Shown here: piece by piece, positions 29,980 through 39,364 of the stretch | Numbering within the stretch: the first letter of the stretch is position 1 | Layout: each line of letters starts with the position of its first letter | Assembly: GCA_020632215.1 (NCBI GenBank) | Contig: JACKFZ010000005.1 | Span: 21,128 to 85,127 of the forward strand | Length of the DNA stretch: 64,000 nt | Reading direction: 5' to 3' | Source of the DNA: Candidatus Nomurabacteria bacterium | GTDB taxonomy: Bacteria; Patescibacteriota; Minisyncoccia; Phycocordibacterales; JAACPR01 | Program-made: the position numbers and the translations under genes | The notes under the pieces: generated by a model | Database searches by the model: none | What the model was told of the DNA's origin: nothing | Seen by the model: the letters and a program-made list of their open reading frames with translations, nothing else

Positions 29980-30648
29980 TCAAATTTCTTGAGAAGCTTT
30001 TTCTAAATCTTCTGGCGCAGTAATCTGACACCATTTATCACAGACAACAACTTTTATATCATGATGTCCTAAAGCTTGAACTAATGTTTGTGGTAATCCA
30101 AACTCTTCTCGCCCTGGTATTTTGACTAAGTTATAATCAAAAATTGCTGGCTGCAAAACATAAAGTCCTGTATTTACCAAAGGTGAAGAAGTATTCCCTT
30201 CCATAACGTCAATCACTACCCCTTTATCATCTACTTCCACGGCACCAGCGGGACTAGAGTCTGTTCTATTCTTAGCAACCAAAACCCAGTCATGTTGAAT
30301 CGCTTCCCGTAAAACTTCCTCATCATAAATATCATCGCCCATCATGACGAGAAACTTAGAATCACCAATATGATCTCTACAAAGCCACAAAGCTCCGCCT
30401 GTTCCGTTTAGTTCGGATTGTTCTACATAGCTAATTTTTTTATCACCAAAACTATCACCAAAGGATTCCTTAATCTGATCTTTTAAATAACCAACAACAA
30501 TAATTACTTCCTCAACTTCTTTTGGTAAAACCTCAAGTTTATGCTGAATAAGACTTTTTCCTGCCACCTTAAGCATTGGTTTCGGAGTATCCTTGGTCAG
30601 GTCTTTCATGCGAGTTCCCAGTCCCGCTGCTAGAATTACTGCTTTCAT
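29980..30648 (-). CDS. sugar-phosphate nucleotidyltransferase
   Basis: MKAVILAAGLGTRMKDLTKDTPKPMLKVAGKSLIQH is the NTP_transferase signature. Confidence 0.7.
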   Translation of the reverse strand: MKAVILAAGLGTRMKDLTKDTPKPMLKVAGKSLIQHKLEVLPKEVEEVIIVVGYLKDQIKESFGDSFGDKKISYVEQSELNGTGGALWLCRDHIGDSKFLVMMGDDIYDEEVLREAIQHDWVLVAKNRTDSSPAGAVEVDDKGVVIDVMEGNTSSPLVNTGLYVLQPAIFDYNLVKIPGREEFGLPQTLVQALGHHDIKVVVCDKWCQITAPEDLEKASQEI

Positions 30649-30830
30649 ATAGTCGAGTAGTATACACGAACTGATGTGAAATCGGAAATTAGAATTTCAT
30701 AAATATTTTAGAGTTTTTTATAATTTTCTTTATAACCATTATGATAAAATAAGCTTAGGTGGGTAACCCCCACCCAATATAGGGTGGGCTGTTTTTGAAG
30801 AGATTTTTAAAAATTTTATGATTATGTAGA

Positions 30831-31415
30831 TTAATTTAGTATCTCTTCTAATAGCTCTGGAAATTCATCAGTTCCCATATGATCATAGGTATAGTGTCCT
30901 CTACCGCCAAGAGATACAACTTGAGCACCTAATAGATTCTGGTAGATTAATACGTTTTCCTGTCTATGAGGTGGCTCTTCTGGTGATGTAAATATGATGA
31001 TCTCATTAACCTGTTCTTTGATTTTTGAATTTATAGTGAAATCATAAAGTTCTTTATTATGTTCAGCGTTCGGGTAATTCCCAATATTTTTACCAGGAGA
31101 AACAAGAATGAGTTTCTTCACTTTTTGACCAGTATCTCCCAACCACCTTACAACAAAAGCTCCTCCAGCACTATGACCTATTAATATGGTATCTTCATTG
31201 ATGGGCATTTTTTCAAATTCTTTTCTCCAGTCAGCATAAATGGGTTGCCATGGAATTGGCATATTTGGTGTATAAGTCGTTATATCTCTTTTCTCCAACT
31301 CTTCTTTTGTCCAAGTGATCCACCTTTTCTTGTCACCAATAGGAACCCATTTCTCTGGACTAGCAGGAGAACCATGAATGATAATGCAATTCCTCATATA
31401 AAGATATTGTAACAA
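30831..31415 (-). CDS. alpha/beta serine hydrolase, YdeN/RBBP9 family
   Basis: IIIHGSPAS ... ILIGHSAGG (GHSxG nucleophile elbow), about 190 aa. Confidence 0.5.
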   Translation of the reverse strand: MLQYLYMRNCIIIHGSPASPEKWVPIGDKKRWITWTKEELEKRDITTYTPNMPIPWQPIYADWRKEFEKMPINEDTILIGHSAGGAFVVRWLGDTGQKVKKLILVSPGKNIGNYPNAEHNKELYDFTINSKIKEQVNEIIIFTSPEEPPHRQENVLIYQNLLGAQVVSLGGRGHYTYDHMGTDEFPELLEEILN

Positions 31416-31432
31416 AAAAATTAATACAAAAT

Positions 31433-31942
31433 TTATATATTATTCAAAACAAACTCCACCCTCTTCTCAGGTTTATCCAACGGAACCAAAATATATTCAT
31501 ATCCAAAGTGTTCATAGGCCTTTCTGATTTCTATATCAATATTCAACTGATCTTCCCTACTCTCGTGTTCAAACCTGTTATCTATAAAATCCAATGGTTC
31601 AAGTAGAAAAACTTTATCATATCTTTCCTTGGCTAAATCAAAGACTTTTTGGGGACAATCTATTTTGAAAAAATTACAATAACCAAACTGATCAACAATA
31701 CTTCTATCTAAAAAATAATTTTTTTCATCAGTTAACTCAGATTCTTTTTCTAATTGTCTATCTAAAATAGCTTCTTGAAACTTCTTTACATTCTTTGTTG
31801 GTAAAATATCTCCACCGATGGCGTTCTGTTCATTTATAATTTCTAATGCAGACTCCGGGACAACTTCAAATCCACGCTTTGCTAACAAATCCAAAGTCGT
31901 ACTCTTGCCTGCACATGTTGTTCCGGTGATAACTATTTTCAT
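31433..31942 (-). CDS. P-loop NTPase (AAA_28/NadR-like nucleoside kinase family)
   Basis: Walker A motif ITGTTCAGKST near the N-terminus. Confidence 0.5.
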   Translation of the reverse strand: MKIVITGTTCAGKSTTLDLLAKRGFEVVPESALEIINEQNAIGGDILPTKNVKKFQEAILDRQLEKESELTDEKNYFLDRSIVDQFGYCNFFKIDCPQKVFDLAKERYDKVFLLEPLDFIDNRFEHESREDQLNIDIEIRKAYEHFGYEYILVPLDKPEKRVEFVLNNI

Positions 31943-31943
31943 A

Positions 31944-32417
31944 TTAATATCCTTGAGGTGGTTTTTGTTTACTTGGTAATTTCTTTAACTTTAATTTTTT
32001 AATTTGTTCTAGAATATACTTTATTTCATTTTTGACAAATTCTACACCGAAACCTTTGTGTTCTACTTTTTCTAAAATCAATTCTTCTGTTTTAGCAAAA
32101 TCATTTTTAAAACTGACATTTATATCTTTCCACCTTATTCCTTTCAGAGCTTCAGCAACATTTTTGTCAAAATCAATAATTCCTTTTTTCATTAAAAAAA
32201 CTATTGATGGATAACCAAGATAACCTTGCCAATATGAACCGTTATCATTGGCAGTAATGGAGTTGGTTTCCGGATCAAAAATGACATCATAAAATTTATT
32301 TCCACTTGATGAAAAAACCTTGGCAGAATTTTCGTGCATTTCAACACGATCGTCAGCAAACGTGCCAAGTGCTTCATAAACTTTGATATCTGATGGTATT
32401 TTCCAAAAGTTAGTCAT
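31944..32417 (-). CDS. hypothetical protein
   Basis: 157-aa ORF, 4-bp overlap with the downstream gene. Confidence 0.35.
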   Translation of the reverse strand: MTNFWKIPSDIKVYEALGTFADDRVEMHENSAKVFSSSGNKFYDVIFDPETNSITANDNGSYWQGYLGYPSIVFLMKKGIIDFDKNVAEALKGIRWKDINVSFKNDFAKTEELILEKVEHKGFGVEFVKNEIKYILEQIKKLKLKKLPSKQKPPQGY

Positions 32418-32955
32418 TGTCTTTTAACCATTCATTGGCTAGCCTTTCGGTCTCATCAACAAATTCTTGTTTGGCTAGTCTATATGATGGGTAATCATCT
32501 TTGTATAATTCTGCATTCTTTTCTTTCAGATCAGAGTAGAGCTTAGCACGATCAGGGTGACTTCTTAAATAGTCTCTGGTAGTCAGAAATTGTTTTATCT
32601 TATATGAATCTTCTTCGCAAACATGAATATTGATTGTCTTTTGACCTTGTTCATTTTCTTTAAAGAAAATTATTGTCCTTGGTGCGATATAATCTCTACC
32701 ACATAAGTAACCACATAATTCCATACCTTTTATCTCTTCTTCAAGTGACTCAACATTATCAACAACAACTAAAACATCGATAACGGGCTTGGCTTTCATT
32801 CCAACTATTGAAGTACTCCCAATATGTTCTACCATTTCTGCCTTTGATCCAAAAACTTTTAATAAATCTTTTTTAATTTCTTCAAATCGCAATACCCAAT
32901 TTGGATCATAATCTTCAACAACAAAAGGTCTGTGCTTATTCTTATCTAACTTCAT
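32410..32955 (-). CDS. GrpB family protein (UPF0157)
   Basis: VEHIGSTSIVGMKAKPVIDVLVVV is the GrpB signature. Confidence 0.6.
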   Translation of the reverse strand: MKLDKNKHRPFVVEDYDPNWVLRFEEIKKDLLKVFGSKAEMVEHIGSTSIVGMKAKPVIDVLVVVDNVESLEEEIKGMELCGYLCGRDYIAPRTIIFFKENEQGQKTINIHVCEEDSYKIKQFLTTRDYLRSHPDRAKLYSDLKEKNAELYKDDYPSYRLAKQEFVDETERLANEWLKDND

Positions 32956-33485
32956 AAATACAAATCCTTATTCTTAAAAACTGAAAGAGCAATGATAGTG
33001 GGTTCAACATAATATTGAGTACGATCTATTAGTCCGTGTGTTAACTTTCCAATTAAACCTAAACTCTTTTTCAAGTCTTTGCCATTAAAAACTGAATCAA
33101 CTGCATCACCAAGCTCCATTCCAGACAAAACTTTCTCGGCAACAATATGTGGCATAAACATCGTTGAGCTTCTTCCTTTTCCATGTAAACCATCCTTATC
33201 CTTAACAACAATCCAAGCAAAAATCTCTATTTCTCCTCTCCTTTCTTCAATCCCTCCTTCTATTCCAACCCAATAGTCAGCATCTGGAAATTCTTTTGAA
33301 GATCCATCAGCTCTGTTCATAGCACCATCAAAAGTCTCTTGGTCAGACATTGGTTGATCACTGACATGAGAAGGAATAGGATAACCTTCAAATTCAAATG
33401 TCTCATCAGGGAATATCAATGAAAAAGCTTTTTCAGTAGCATTGATCTTCACAGGATTAGTAGAGGCGACTATAACTTTCATCAC
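32952..33485 (-). CDS. non-canonical purine NTP phosphatase (YjjX-like ITPase/XTPase)
   Basis: MMKVIVASTNPVKINATEKAF...SHVSDQPMSDQETFDGAMNRA matches YjjX/Ham1-like. Confidence 0.6.
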   Translation of the reverse strand: MMKVIVASTNPVKINATEKAFSLIFPDETFEFEGYPIPSHVSDQPMSDQETFDGAMNRADGSSKEFPDADYWVGIEGGIEERRGEIEIFAWIVVKDKDGLHGKGRSSTMFMPHIVAEKVLSGMELGDAVDSVFNGKDLKKSLGLIGKLTHGLIDRTQYYVEPTIIALSVFKNKDLYL

Positions 33486-33491
33486 TCTAAG

Positions 33492-34007
33492 TTACAAAGT
33501 AATGTTAAATAAATCAAGGATAATAGGTGCCAAAGGATCAGCCGTTGTGCCATGAACAAGAATGCCACCAAACATACCTGTCAGGGAGATAGCAATTAAA
33601 CCAAAGATAGCAATAATAATTACCAAAAATTTATTAGTTAAAATATTTTTTATAAAGAAAATTATTTTCTTGAAAAATTCTATTTTCAAATGACGGTTAA
33701 TAAAGTCAGCAGATAGTTTCAGCAACTCTCCAACTAAAAGTAGTGAATAAGAAAAAATCGTAAGTTGAGCAAATAACTCATGCATTTCCATAACTTCATT
33801 CCGGATTCTGAGAAGATGCTGGGCTTGATCACCTGTAGCAGCAGATACAAATAAACTAACAGTTCCTAAAATCAAAAGTGTGCTTTTGGTTATCTGTAGA
33901 TTTAATTTAGAAAAAATTTTTTCAAAAGGAATGATTACCAATATCGAATAAAGTAAGAGAAAAGCGATTGGGAAGTGAACAAAGATTGGATGAATGTTGT
34001 ATTGCAT
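33492..34007 (-). CDS. membrane protein, hypothetical
   Basis: 171-aa ORF with four to five TM helices. Confidence 0.4.
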   Translation of the reverse strand: MQYNIHPIFVHFPIAFLLLYSILVIIPFEKIFSKLNLQITKSTLLILGTVSLFVSAATGDQAQHLLRIRNEVMEMHELFAQLTIFSYSLLLVGELLKLSADFINRHLKIEFFKKIIFFIKNILTNKFLVIIIAIFGLIAISLTGMFGGILVHGTTADPLAPIILDLFNITL

Positions 34008-34051
34008 GGAGAGATTTTAGCATAATTAAAATAAAGAAAGCCATCGTGAAT

Positions 34052-34705
34052 TTAATCCGACGGCTGGTTTCTTGTTGATAGAAGTTCGCTAACACTGAGT
34101 GATTCGCGAAAATCTTCCCATCCCAACATACTTTCGTAGTATCGGATGGCCGTTTCTGCCTCCTCCTGCGTATCGAAGTGGCAAGCCTCGATCTCAGCCA
34201 AGAGAAAAGATCGTGTTCTGTCTAAGGTGGACACCTCGTAAATCACAATCTCGATCTTTTGTCTGCCTATTCCAGGAATATAACGAATAAGTCCTTCGCC
34301 TAACACATCAATACTTTCACATTGGTCTCCTAAAATGCCAACTTCTTCAAAGAAAGCTAAGATTGAGCTCTTATAACTATCGTCAACAGGGAACTCCACC
34401 TCTCTGCGCGATAATCTTTCATGTTTACGTTTAAGCCCAATCCTACCTTTCACAGGACTCCCTACCCTATATCTCAAAGTATGAACTCCCTCTCCTTTGT
34501 AAACAAGAAGATAGTGATCCACCCCGTGAAATTTAACAGGTCGAATGCTAGGAAATTCATCGCAGAGAAATTGATCAAGTCCCTCTATCGTAAATCGAGC
34601 CCTTGGAAAATTGTACTTCTGCTCAATCTCAAAGCCGTTATGAGAAATTTCTGATGTTTCGACAACCTCAAGAATATCAAGAAAATCTGTTTGTTCGTCA
34701 CTCAT
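34052..34705 (-). CDS. CYTH-domain protein (GC-rich)
   Basis: FEIEQKY (ExExK) plus the TLRYRVGSPVKGRIGLKRKHERLSRREVEF pattern; second CYTH protein in the window. Confidence 0.45.
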   Translation of the reverse strand: MSDEQTDFLDILEVVETSEISHNGFEIEQKYNFPRARFTIEGLDQFLCDEFPSIRPVKFHGVDHYLLVYKGEGVHTLRYRVGSPVKGRIGLKRKHERLSRREVEFPVDDSYKSSILAFFEEVGILGDQCESIDVLGEGLIRYIPGIGRQKIEIVIYEVSTLDRTRSFLLAEIEACHFDTQEEAETAIRYYESMLGWEDFRESLSVSELLSTRNQPSD

Positions 34706-34779
34706 TTCAATAACCTCCTTTCTAATTTAGGTTAACGTTCTTTTGCCATACTATATAAAAATATAAAAAAAGCAATTAT

Positions 34780-35199
34780 TTAATTTTCAATAAATGTCTC
34801 AATAATTTTTTTCTTGACTTCATTTTTTACCCTCCTATGAGTTTCCAAATCAGTACCTGCAGGATCATCAACTTCCCATCTGATATATTTCGGATGCTTT
34901 AAGACAAAATCAGGTACAGTGTCTTGTTGTGCCATGTCAATCAGAATATCAGCTTCTTTAACCATTTCGGAAGTAATTACCTTTCTTATATGATTACTAA
35001 CATCAATATCTTCTTCTGCCATAACTTGTATAACATTGGCTGAGGTGGGTAACTGCTCTTTCAAAGTCTTATTAAAATTCTCTGGACTTATTTTAGTACC
35101 AGCACTAATAGCATCATTAGAGTTTGTTAACTTGTTATACATCCTCTCGGCAAATAAACTTCTACCAACATTGCCTTTACACAAGAAAAGAATTTTCAT
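34780..35199 (-). CDS. low-molecular-weight phosphotyrosine phosphatase / ArsC family
   Basis: ILFLCKGNVGRS CX5R P-loop at the N-terminus. Confidence 0.7.
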   Translation of the reverse strand: MKILFLCKGNVGRSLFAERMYNKLTNSNDAISAGTKISPENFNKTLKEQLPTSANVIQVMAEEDIDVSNHIRKVITSEMVKEADILIDMAQQDTVPDFVLKHPKYIRWEVDDPAGTDLETHRRVKNEVKKKIIETFIEN

Positions 35200-35281
35200 A
35201 ATTATTGAGTTATTGTCATAGATAATATAGGAACTATTTTAATATAAAAACGATGCGACAATCTATATTCCCAGTTTTGAT

Positions 35282-35881
35282 TTAGCTACTTAAAAATAAA
35301 CTTTGCATCCCCTCCAATACTTCACTATTTCTTATCAAAACCACCTGATTGGTAGTATAAGTCAAACCTTTATTAGGATTATCCTCAAAACCAAGGTATG
35401 TGACTTCCACATCTCTGCTTTTCACTTCAATTATAGCTGGTTGCAAATCTGAATCTGAACTACCTAATACAATATTTTTTACCTTCTTGTCACAAGCGAG
35501 ACCAACCATATCTACAGCTATTTTTACATCCACACCTTTTTCCTTAAAAACTAATGTTTCTTTACCTTTACTATCTCTTTCATATTGACCTCTAACACGA
35601 CCAGATAATACAACTTCAAACCCCTGATTCTCTAGATGTGTTTTTAATAAACGTTGTTCTTGTATAAGTTGTTCTGATTTATCTTTTGTCTCTGAATGAG
35701 ATTTTAATTTAGCAAAATAAAAAATAGTTTTATCAAGACTATAACCAGATAGAGCAGAATCAAATAAACCTTTGAAATTATATTTATTCCAAATTAAATC
35801 ATTAACTTTATTCTCTTTTTCAAAGACAGAGCGTATCTTGCCTTTAAAATTTTCTCCATCTATTCAAAGCACAGTAGACAT
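35282..35881 (-). pseudogene. NYN/LabA-like domain gene interrupted by an in-frame TGA at codon 6
   Basis: Own translation: MSTVL*IDGENFKGKIRSVFEKENKVNDLIW...VDVKIAVDMVGLACDKKVKNIVLGSSDSDLQP... The track only calls the GTG-started 83-aa tail (35282..35533). No in-frame ATG/GTG/TTG lies between the TGA and that tail. Confidence 0.4.
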
Positions 35882-36064
35882 ATTTTTATAAAAAAACTCC
35901 AACGGACCCGAAGGCTGGCTGGAGCGTGTATACCTACAATACTACACATTAACAACAAAAAGTCAATTGCAGGATATACACTTTTTATTACCTGATAGAT
36001 AGTTCTGATTTTAACTCCCATTAGAATACTCAAATTGGTATTGAAAAACAAAGCTGATTTAGCT

Positions 36065-36286
36065 GGGTCCTTATCGGGATTCGGTCACAAATCACTAAGC
36101 ATAATTCTTCACTCCCCTGAAATAAATTCAGGGTCGCTCGAATTCTGCCAAGTGTTCGCGACCCCGACTCGCCGACAAGCATTTTTGCTACGCAAAAATC
36201 TTGTATACCGGCTCCGTCTTTCGAATCCCGCTAAGGCCTCCAAAAATATGTTTCGCAAACGCTACGCATTTGCTTCAGTATTTTTG
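36065..36286 (-). repeat. tRNA-3'-linked conserved structured module (His copy): terminator, antisense tRNA 3' end, covarying hairpin, conserved core, direct repeat of tRNA-His 3' end
   Basis: Shares GTGTTCGCGACCCCGACTCG (36152..36173), TTCGAAAGACGGAGCC and GAAGAATTATGCTTAGTGATTTGTGAC with copies at 39170..39364, 45716..45915 and 52480..52626. 36065..36084 repeats the tRNA-His 3' 20 nt. Confidence 0.6.
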
Positions 36287-36359
36287 GGTCCTTATCGGGA
36301 TTCGAACCCGAACTGAGGGTTCCACAAACCCTAGTGCTAACCATTACACCATAAGGACC
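36287..36359 (-). tRNA. tRNA-His (anticodon GTG) with G-1 and C73
   Basis: Manual fold: G-1, acceptor GTCCTTA/TAAGGAC, D-arm GTGT-AATGGTTA-GCAC, anticodon loop TTGTGGA, T-arm TCGGG-TTCGAAT-CCCGA. Confidence 0.8.
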
Positions 36360-36651
36360 ATAATGTGATGAGAATACTACTAATTGTTGACTAAAAAGTC
36401 TAGGACTTTTTTAAAATAGGTTCGTGCAATTCCCTCCCTGTTTGGGTGGGCCCGCCCAACTGAATGACCTGCCAGAATGAATCTGTCGGGCTGGCTTCAG
36501 TCATTCGGGCGGGGGCTTACCGCTTGCTATTTTTATTATAAAAAAACTATTCTCAAAAAACATATAAAAAGAATTAAAATCTTTTTAAATTAAAGGTAAA
36601 TTTTTATAAAAATTATTAGAAACTTTTTAGTATAACTTTATAAATTATTCA

Positions 36652-37587
36652 CTAGAACCACCCAAACAACTTAATGACAAACAACGCATAAATCAATAAA
36701 TACATGATCCCTTCCTGAATATGAATTTTTCTAGAAATACCCGAAACAACAAAAATAGCTGTAGCTAAAATCAAAAATGGAAATCCAATCATCATTGTTG
36801 GGTTATCAATAGAAAGTCTGCCAAAAATTCCTGGCACACCAACGACCATTAGAACATTAAAAATATTTGATCCAAAAACATTACCAAGCGCCACTTCAGG
36901 TTGCCCTCGTAAAGCCGCTTTTGCAGAAACCAAAACTTCTGGTAATGATGTTCCAACAGCAACAGCGGTAATAGCAATGACACCTGTACCAATATTTAGA
37001 ATTGTTGAAAGTGCAATAACAGACTCAATCAAATAATTGGCACCAATACCTATACCAATAATTCCAACAGCAAGTAAGACAAAAACTTTTAGGTTAAGTT
37101 TTGGACGTTCAATTGGTTCGATTTTGTCAGAACCTTCTTTATAAACAATGGTAAAAATAACATAGACTAAATAAGTAAGAATTAGAAATATAGAGTCAAC
37201 CAAACTAATTTGTCCATCCCAAGCTAGAATAAGAAAAACTGTTGTGCCAAGTGTCAGCAAAGGTAAATCTAAGTCAATAAGATCTTTTGTCACCTTCAAA
37301 TTTTTCCCAACTAAAGTTGCAACACCGAGAACAAGAAGTATATTGGCAATATTTGAACCAACAGCATTAGCTACTACCAGTTCAGATATTCCGTTCACAA
37401 CAGCAGCAATAGATGAAACAAGTTCGGGCACAGAAGTACCGACGGCAACAATTGTTACTCCAACAATAAAAGGAGATAGTCCTGCCCACAATCCAATTTT
37501 CTCAGCACCATCTAGCAACCAGTCAGCACTTTTTACCAACAAAGCTAACGAAACTATAAAAACTACAATCCAAATTATCAGTGTCAT
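36652..37587 (-). CDS. Ca2+/cation antiporter (CaCA, YrbG-like)
   Basis: Two alpha-repeat signatures GTSLPELVSS and GSNIFNVLMVVG. Confidence 0.8.
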   Translation of the reverse strand: MTLIIWIVVFIVSLALLVKSADWLLDGAEKIGLWAGLSPFIVGVTIVAVGTSVPELVSSIAAVVNGISELVVANAVGSNIANILLVLGVATLVGKNLKVTKDLIDLDLPLLTLGTTVFLILAWDGQISLVDSIFLILTYLVYVIFTIVYKEGSDKIEPIERPKLNLKVFVLLAVGIIGIGIGANYLIESVIALSTILNIGTGVIAITAVAVGTSLPEVLVSAKAALRGQPEVALGNVFGSNIFNVLMVVGVPGIFGRLSIDNPTMMIGFPFLILATAIFVVSGISRKIHIQEGIMYLLIYALFVIKLFGWF

Positions 37588-37605
37588 ATGAAAACTATTC
37601 TACCA

Positions 37606-38610
37606 TTATTGCTTCAAAGTGATATATTTTTTATTCAATCTTAGAGAAACAAAACCAATAACAATCAACAATAGACCAGATAATACAAGAGTAAATGGCC
37701 AACCTAAACTATTCGCAAAATATTCACTGGTAATTTTTATAATATAAACCATAAGAAAAATAGAGCTGAACGTTAAGAATGACTTACTTCTCAAACGTAC
37801 ACTAAGCCAAATACCAATAAAAACTAAAATTGGAAAAGCTACTTCCCAAAACATGTTTTGCTCTGGAGAATAACCACCCAACACCAAAGTTGTAATAAAA
37901 AAGATTACCAAACCAAAACTATATAAAACACCAGTCAAAACCTTTAAATTATTTTTTAAAAATGAATACCCGAGAAGTATATATGATACGGCAACCAGCA
38001 TCGCTCGATATTCTTCAAAATCTGAATCTCCGAACTGTGGCGAGTTACCAACAAGGAAGCTAGTAAAACTAAAAATGAACCATGTTCCAAAAATAATATT
38101 AAACAAAGCAAAGAGAATAGTTCTAGAAATAGCAAAAGAGATTAAATAGAGAACAAAAAGAATAGCACTTACTGTTGCAGAAACTCCAAAACTAGTAATA
38201 TCAAAACCAGCGCTATCAAAAATAACAAATAGTCCGACCGGTAAAACAAGTCCAGCAATTAAATGAAAAGCATTACCAACAGCATGTAAGTTATTATGTC
38301 TATTCAAAATAACAGCCACTATATAAGCAACCAAGCCCGCACCGAAAGAAGACAATATCCTTGTTGTAGAACTCAATAAATCCCATGATTGCCATATCAG
38401 AACAACAATGCCTAGAAAAACTATTGCTCCTCCGATGTAATACAAAATGGTAGACAAAATAGAATTTTTGTTCCCTTTTCTACCGAAAATTCCTTTGCCG
38501 TAATAAAAAGATTCCAATACTTCATCTTCAGTTATCATTCCAAGAGAAGATAAGTCTTTTATTCGATTTAATACTTCTTCTTTATCCATATTTTTATCTA
38601 ATCCAACCAA
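37606..38610 (-). CDS. polytopic membrane protein, hypothetical
   Basis: 334-aa ORF with about eight TM helices. Confidence 0.4.
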   Translation of the reverse strand: MVGLDKNMDKEEVLNRIKDLSSLGMITEDEVLESFYYGKGIFGRKGNKNSILSTILYYIGGAIVFLGIVVLIWQSWDLLSSTTRILSSFGAGLVAYIVAVILNRHNNLHAVGNAFHLIAGLVLPVGLFVIFDSAGFDITSFGVSATVSAILFVLYLISFAISRTILFALFNIIFGTWFIFSFTSFLVGNSPQFGDSDFEEYRAMLVAVSYILLGYSFLKNNLKVLTGVLYSFGLVIFFITTLVLGGYSPEQNMFWEVAFPILVFIGIWLSVRLRSKSFLTFSSIFLMVYIIKITSEYFANSLGWPFTLVLSGLLLIVIGFVSLRLNKKYITLKQ

Positions 38611-39139
38611 TAAAACTAAATTGATAACGATAATCTGACATATCGACGTCTATATTGATTTCGGTACTGATGCCATGCCCACGAACAAACTGCTGGCGAC
38701 AATCTTCGCCAGAATCAAAAACAAAGAATATAAAACCATCTACCCTATTTCCACAAGACACTGAGAAATCATCGGGAGATTTTCCAGATGGATTGATTTC
38801 TAGATCTTGTGCATCTTCTAAGCTAATTTCACGACTTATCCTCTCTGACACATCGTACAAAAATAATCTTGGTTCTTCATAGACAGGAGCTTCTGGATAA
38901 ACCAATCTTGCATCGTAAATATCTTTATCAACTCGAAGATCTTTTTTCTCTATCCTTGAATCTTTGACAGCAAACTGACTCCCGCCGTAATAATAGTTAT
39001 CTTCGATAGAATAAACAAAGTCATTTTGTGGTTCTGGTGCAGATAATCTGGGAATATAAATACTCAGTAAAACTACAATTATTAGCAAAACTGGTAGAGA
39101 TAAACCGATTAACAGAGTTAGGTTTTCTTTCTTTAACAT
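38594..39139 (-). CDS. secreted/membrane-anchored hypothetical protein
   Basis: Track start 39178 is a TTG inside the tRNA-Leu direct repeat; the likely start is MLKKENLTLLIGL at 39139. N-terminal TM segment. Confidence 0.4.
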   Translation of the reverse strand: MLKKENLTLLIGLSLPVLLIIVVLLSIYIPRLSAPEPQNDFVYSIEDNYYYGGSQFAVKDSRIEKKDLRVDKDIYDARLVYPEAPVYEEPRLFLYDVSERISREISLEDAQDLEINPSGKSPDDFSVSCGNRVDGFIFFVFDSGEDCRQQFVRGHGISTEINIDVDMSDYRYQFSFIGWIR

Positions 39140-39169
39140 AATCTGATTATAACAGAAAATGTAATCAAT

Positions 39170-39364
39170 GGTGCACAAGAGAGGACTTGGTCACAAGTTT
39201 CTAAATTCGTCCTCGATTTCTCTCGGACTCATTAAGAACTTTCGACCCCGGCTCGCCCATCCCAGTTGCTTCGCAACAGGGACCCTAGGGCTCCGCCTTT
39301 CAAGTCCTCTATGTTTACTAAAATAAAGTCGCCGACTCCTGCGGAGCCGACTCTTTTATTTTAT
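39170..39364 (-). repeat. tRNA-3'-linked conserved structured module (Leu copy)
   Basis: Minus-strand read after tRNA-Leu: ataaaataaaagagtcggctccgcaggagtcggcgactttattttag / taaacatagaggacttgaaaggcggagcc / ctagggtccctgttgcgaagcaactgggat / gggcgagccggggtcgaaag... / ttgtgac + caagtcctctcttgtgcacca. Confidence 0.6.

Noticed and set aside
35864-35866. Alternative genetic code (code 25, TGA=Gly as in SR1/Gracilibacteria) to explain the in-frame TGA
   Set aside because: Long conserved ORFs (ileS 1200 aa, nrdA, argS) are uninterrupted under the standard code, and small genes such as 1283..1597 and 1780..2280 terminate at TGA; code 11 fits.
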